From Candidatus Fokinia solitaria (GTDB lineage: Bacteria > Pseudomonadota > Alphaproteobacteria > Rickettsiales > Midichloriaceae), in assembly GCF_003072485.1 (NCBI RefSeq), contig NZ_CP025989.1, positions 570,001 to 602,000 on the forward strand: 32,000 nucleotides of DNA, read 5' to 3'. Shown here in pieces: positions 28,174 through 32,000 of this stretch; positions within the stretch are counted from its first letter, which is position 1, and every line of letters begins with the position of its first letter. The translations under genes and the position numbers were made by a program. The notes beneath the pieces are model-generated. The model searched no databases, was not told the origin of the DNA, and saw nothing but the letters and a program-made list of their open reading frames with translations.

Positions 28174-28803
28174 ATGTCAACACAACGCAATCTCATTCGC
28201 TGCTCTTTTATCGTTGCTTTCACTTTCTTGTGTTCCATCTTCGCTTCTGTATCGTATGCGGATTCTGCAGCATTGCACATCAAAGAAGCGTTTACAAGAA
28301 AGTGTGCTGAAGTGTCGGAAAAAACGTTCAGCATTATGAATAACAAGAACTCCTCGTCACAACAGAAAGAGAAAGCACTGGAGGAGATACTGTATAATAC
28401 TATGAGTGTAGAGCAAATGGCGCAGTTTGCTGCTTCATCATTCTGGAATAATATGAGTGAAGTTCAAAAAAATTCTTATATAAAAGCATACTCTTCATAC
28501 ATGGTGAAGCAGTATATTCCTAAAATACAAAAATACATTAGCAGCGATATAAAAGTAGGAGATGTAAGAGAATTAAGTAAAGATAATTATAGAATCAAAG
28601 CATCTATAATACTTATGACGAACGAACAACGTAAAGAACCTACTAACATTACCTTTGACTGTACATATGATGGAAAAGAATTAAAAATATGGAATATATC
28701 AGCTGAAGGATTCAGTCTTTTGCTAAATCAAAAAGAGGAATTTAGATCAATTATCCTACGAGAAGGCGTAGATAACTTTATTACCAAATTAAGTCAAAAA
28801 TAA
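28174..28803 (+). CDS. MlaC/Ttg2D family phospholipid-binding protein
   Basis: 209 aa; signal peptide, 'MSVEQMAQFAASSFWNNMSEVQKNSYIKAYSSYMVKQY', 'WNISAEGFSLLLNQKEEFRSIILREGVDNFITKL'. Confidence 0.87.
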   Translation: MSTQRNLIRCSFIVAFTFLCSIFASVSYADSAALHIKEAFTRKCAEVSEKTFSIMNNKNSSSQQKEKALEEILYNTMSVEQMAQFAASSFWNNMSEVQKNSYIKAYSSYMVKQYIPKIQKYISSDIKVGDVRELSKDNYRIKASIILMTNEQRKEPTNITFDCTYDGKELKIWNISAEGFSLLLNQKEEFRSIILREGVDNFITKLSQK

Positions 28804-28910
28804 GGAAATTCACTATAGCTTAGTCGCTGTCTTTCTATAAAAAACAATGCACTATAGATGTAGTTATGGTATCTTTCACTTATACGTAAAACTTTTTATG
28901 CAGCATTGTC

Positions 28911-29246
28911 ATGAAAGAAGTTACTCTTCATTTCTTCGATAAGGATAGTAATAAAATAACTGTACAAGCAACAGTAGGGCTATCAATACTCGAGATAGCA
29001 AGAAAATTTCATATACCAATTGAAGGTGCATGCGAAGGTGCTTTAGCATGCTCTACATGTCATATCATTCTCGAGCAAGAGACGTATGCCAAATTGAGTA
29101 AACCATCTTCCGAAGAAGATGATATGCTAGACTTAGCTTTTGGACTCACATCTACTTCTAGATTAGGATGTCAAGTAATAGTCACGCCAGAACTCAATAA
29201 TGCTATCATTAAGTTACCAAGATGCACTAGAAATATGCTGATATAG
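28911..29246 (+). CDS. fdx: 2Fe-2S ferredoxin (adrenodoxin-like)
   Basis: 111 aa; 'CEGALACSTCHIIL...EEDDMLDLAFGLTSTSRLGCQVIV', CX5CX2C...C cluster motif. Confidence 0.95.
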   Translation: MKEVTLHFFDKDSNKITVQATVGLSILEIARKFHIPIEGACEGALACSTCHIILEQETYAKLSKPSSEEDDMLDLAFGLTSTSRLGCQVIVTPELNNAIIKLPRCTRNMLI

Positions 29247-29311
29247 TACAATGTACTTTACATGTATCTTATATCGATTATCATGATATAAAGGTTGCAT
29301 AAAGATTATCA

Positions 29312-30463
29312 ATGATAAATCTTTTCAAAAGCTCCATCAGTCCTAAGGCTATATTCGGACTATTAGCAGCAATGGCAAAAGGGCTTGTTATAGGATTTAA
29401 TGCGTTATTACTGAACTCATACTCTTCGATACTAGATATCAAGGCAAAGTTGCGCTCACCTATTGAAGCGCAATACTCTATAATGCAATACCACTTCTCC
29501 AAATGTAATTTTCAAGATGCCGTCTTCAGAGCTTGGATATTGACAAAATTTCTGAAATATCATGATTCTGAGATGGATTACATAGCAGGAGTGTCTTACT
29601 TTCACATGAAAAAGTACGACAAAGCAGTACCAATGCTGCAAAAATACTTACTCTACGGTAAACAGCATATATCTGAAGTAGAAACGCTACTTCTTATCTC
29701 CAATTCAGTTCTTGCGGAAAAAATCACACTTCCATCTTCAACATTGCAACGTTTGAGAGAACTCTTATTGAAAGCAATTGTAAGTAAGACATCACTTTCC
29801 ATATTACAATACATTACACATAAATTTTTCAAAGCTGATCAGTATATGATCCATAGAAATATAGCATCTTCAATCAAAACACTTCTTTCCGCAAACACAG
29901 ATATCATACTAATAGATATCCAATTTTTATACTCTCTTACTGGACTATACTTGAAAGATGAAATAGAAAACTGCTTATTAGTTGGCGTAGATTATGATAA
30001 AAAAATGCTGCCACATTATAATACTCTTCCAACTATCATCGAATTAAGATCTCCTACAAAATTTATATCAAGACTCTTAGACGGCAAAACAAGTGTACCG
30101 CAAAACATTCAAAACACTTTAGGATACGATAAAATCGTCAGTGCACTGCCTCCTAAGATAGAATCTTGCATAGCCTTATTTTGTGACGTCATGACATATC
30201 ATGCGAATTGGCTTACGCTACTATCAAATATGTGCAAAAAACTCTCGCAAAATTCACAAATAATCGTCACATTTCGCACTTTAGAAGGTATCACTGGTAC
30301 ACTATATCATCAAGAACATATGATGTTATACGAAGAAGAATTTGTGAAGAATGCACTTTCAAGTATTGGAATAACAACTGAAAATTCATACCATATCGAT
30401 AATTATGCGATTTTATCAGATAAAAAGTACGAAACTGTGCTATTAATAGCAAAGAAACTTTAG
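29312..30463 (+). CDS. Hypothetical protein with TPR-like N-terminal region and possible methyltransferase-like C-terminal region
   Basis: 383 aa; 'MDYIAGVSYFHMKKYDKAVPMLQKYLLYGKQ' resembles TPR; the C-terminal half ends in a weakly class I methyltransferase-like layout. Similarity is weak. Confidence 0.5.
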   Translation: MINLFKSSISPKAIFGLLAAMAKGLVIGFNALLLNSYSSILDIKAKLRSPIEAQYSIMQYHFSKCNFQDAVFRAWILTKFLKYHDSEMDYIAGVSYFHMKKYDKAVPMLQKYLLYGKQHISEVETLLLISNSVLAEKITLPSSTLQRLRELLLKAIVSKTSLSILQYITHKFFKADQYMIHRNIASSIKTLLSANTDIILIDIQFLYSLTGLYLKDEIENCLLVGVDYDKKMLPHYNTLPTIIELRSPTKFISRLLDGKTSVPQNIQNTLGYDKIVSALPPKIESCIALFCDVMTYHANWLTLLSNMCKKLSQNSQIIVTFRTLEGITGTLYHQEHMMLYEEEFVKNALSSIGITTENSYHIDNYAILSDKKYETVLLIAKKL

Positions 30464-30502
30464 TTATGATGAATTGTACGAAAACTGCATTTTAATAGCA
30501 TT

Positions 30503-32000
30503 GTGAAATCACAAATTATACAATTTCTTCAAAATATAGGAAAAGAATATGAACAGCATAATTTATGCTTCGTTTCCGATTATTCCATTGATAGCGCAGA
30601 GTTATTTGAATTAATTATCAAGGAAAAATTGCTATGCTGTAATTCAATTACATTCATCAGTTGTTGCGATTTTCTGAGTAATGCTACAACTAAAACATTA
30701 TGTAGTACGTACGACACAAATTTATTGCAAGTCTCATCGATATTAAATCGTAACAGCACAAAACAACTCATATCAATGCAAGATGCTATTCTCGCTACAG
30801 CTTTATATTGCAAATCACGCAACTTAACATATACGTCTAATGATACCTATAATCAATTTGTGCTATATAAAAACGATGATGATTTCAAAACTTTCATCGA
30901 AGCTGTATGCGACAGCAGAAATGTATATTCTCCATGGCAAATACTAGAATCGATGGAAGGCTGCATTATGATCGCAGTAGAACCAATTAATAACAGATGC
31001 TTACTAAGAAATTTTTCAAAATATCACATAAAATATGAGATAACTGCTGCACAGAAGTATCTCGAGAACTCGATATCTCTCAAAGATCACAGATTAAATA
31101 AAAAACACGTATATATCATTTCTGATGATGATAAGTACATAAATTTGGTAATAGCAAAATTATGTGATGCCACTTCAGTACCAAAGCAGTCTGCAGAAAT
31201 TCTGAGTAAGATGAAGTATATTTTAGCTTCTTTAGAAAGAAGTGAATATCATTATAGCACGCTTATTACAATATTACTTGCAAGTGATATTAGTAAATCT
31301 TTCATATTTAAATTATCGCACATATTACGAGGAAAGAACTTTATATACATCGAGCAAATCGCAAATTTTCTAGAAAATGATCCGTCTCTCTCAGAGGAAC
31401 ATGATATACAAAGAGTAATAACGATCGCAAAATTTATACAAACGCTACTAGATAATCTAGAAAATGGAGTAATGACTACTCTAAGTATCATATTCGAATT
31501 AGCGAAAGCTCTCAATGATACATCTTCTTCCGAAAGTGATGAGTATATATCAAAAACGTTGGATGATATTTCACAGTTATACAACTTCATTGAACACGAT
31601 GCACTAGATCTTCGAAAGCTTGTCGATGCACTACAGGTCACAAGTAGTACAACTACGACGCACTGTCAAAATATCTTCTTTCACTCTATTCACGATTTTC
31701 TGAAAATAGACGATATTGATACAAACTGTATCATATACTTTCCGTTAAACAAGAATACAGCAACTGCACAGCTAAGTATGGAAAGTTATAAAGTTATACA
31801 GCTAGTACTTAATAAACAAAGAGAATGTATCATAGGATACGATAGAGATCGTTCTCTGCAAGCGCTTCAAGCGGAAAAGGTTCACTCATTCTGCTTACGC
31901 GTTCCATTTTTTTTATCTTCGCGTAAATTCTTTAGTCTCGTACATTATCCGGAGCAGTACTATATCACAGCACATAGTAATCAAGATATTGGCTTGAAAT
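30503..32000 (+). CDS. Hypothetical protein, partial (GTG start, runs off right edge)
   Basis: Open frame of ~499 codons from GTG 30503 (VKSQIIQFLQNIGKEYEQHNLCFVSDYSIDSAELFELII...) through ...SLVHYPEQYYITAHSNQDIGLK with no stop. Not in the supplied ORF track; no recognised domain. Confidence 0.75.
   Translation, partial: MKSQIIQFLQNIGKEYEQHNLCFVSDYSIDSAELFELIIKEKLLCCNSITFISCCDFLSNATTKTLCSTYDTNLLQVSSILNRNSTKQLISMQDAILATALYCKSRNLTYTSNDTYNQFVLYKNDDDFKTFIEAVCDSRNVYSPWQILESMEGCIMIAVEPINNRCLLRNFSKYHIKYEITAAQKYLENSISLKDHRLNKKHVYIISDDDKYINLVIAKLCDATSVPKQSAEILSKMKYILASLERSEYHYSTLITILLASDISKSFIFKLSHILRGKNFIYIEQIANFLENDPSLSEEHDIQRVITIAKFIQTLLDNLENGVMTTLSIIFELAKALNDTSSSESDEYISKTLDDISQLYNFIEHDALDLRKLVDALQVTSSTTTTHCQNIFFHSIHDFLKIDDIDTNCIIYFPLNKNTATAQLSMESYKVIQLVLNKQRECIIGYDRDRSLQALQAEKVHSFCLRVPFFLSSRKFFSLVHYPEQYYITAHSNQDIGLK

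Noticed and set aside
30580-31641. Minus-strand ORFs 30580-30822 and 31252-31641
   Set aside because: They lie antisense to the much longer GTG-start open frame on the + strand.
1-32000. CRISPR arrays, transposases, retrons or prophage modules
   Set aside because: No regularly spaced repeats, transposase/integrase/RT motifs or phage structural genes were seen on either strand.

Overview
This AT-rich window looks like the chromosome of a Rickettsiales-type (possibly Midichloriaceae-like) endosymbiont. The taxon is inferred from gene content only. Left to right it contains: a partial SDR oxidoreductase (-, off the left edge, absent from the ORF track); clpX, topA, a corA-like transporter, tolQ and an SH3-domain protein (+); a hypothetical ORF (+); a full-length bifunctional-type RelA/SpoT (-); tRNA-Leu(TAA) and tRNA-Tyr(GTA) (+); a complete type I restriction-modification operon in the order hsdM-hsdS-hsdR (-); a virD4-like T4SS coupling protein and a quinone-oxidoreductase-like protein (-); mnmA and pth (-); a PPDK regulatory protein and an outer-membrane-like protein (+); queC, trxA, tRNA-Thr(TGT) and an alpha/beta hydrolase (-); tRNA-Val(TAC), tRNA-Asp(GTC), rpsH away from its usual operon, dnaJ, an mlaC-like gene, a 2Fe-2S ferredoxin and a TPR/methyltransferase-like ORF (+); and a long GTG-start ORF running off the right edge (+, absent from the ORF track). 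The strongest unusual signals are: (1) a 350-bp direct repeat (346/350 identical) that duplicates the 3' end of the hydrolase gene plus the 5' 59 nt of tRNA-Thr beyond queC. It leaves a tRNA pseudogene, supplies the out-of-frame C-terminus and stop codon of queC, and its four differences are all synonymous in the hydrolase frame. (2) A type I HsdS with a perfect 12-bp tandem duplication in its central spacer, resembling the EcoR124 TAEL switch, plus 33-bp direct repeats bracketing one target recognition domain. I found no clear novel multi-gene system beyond these.
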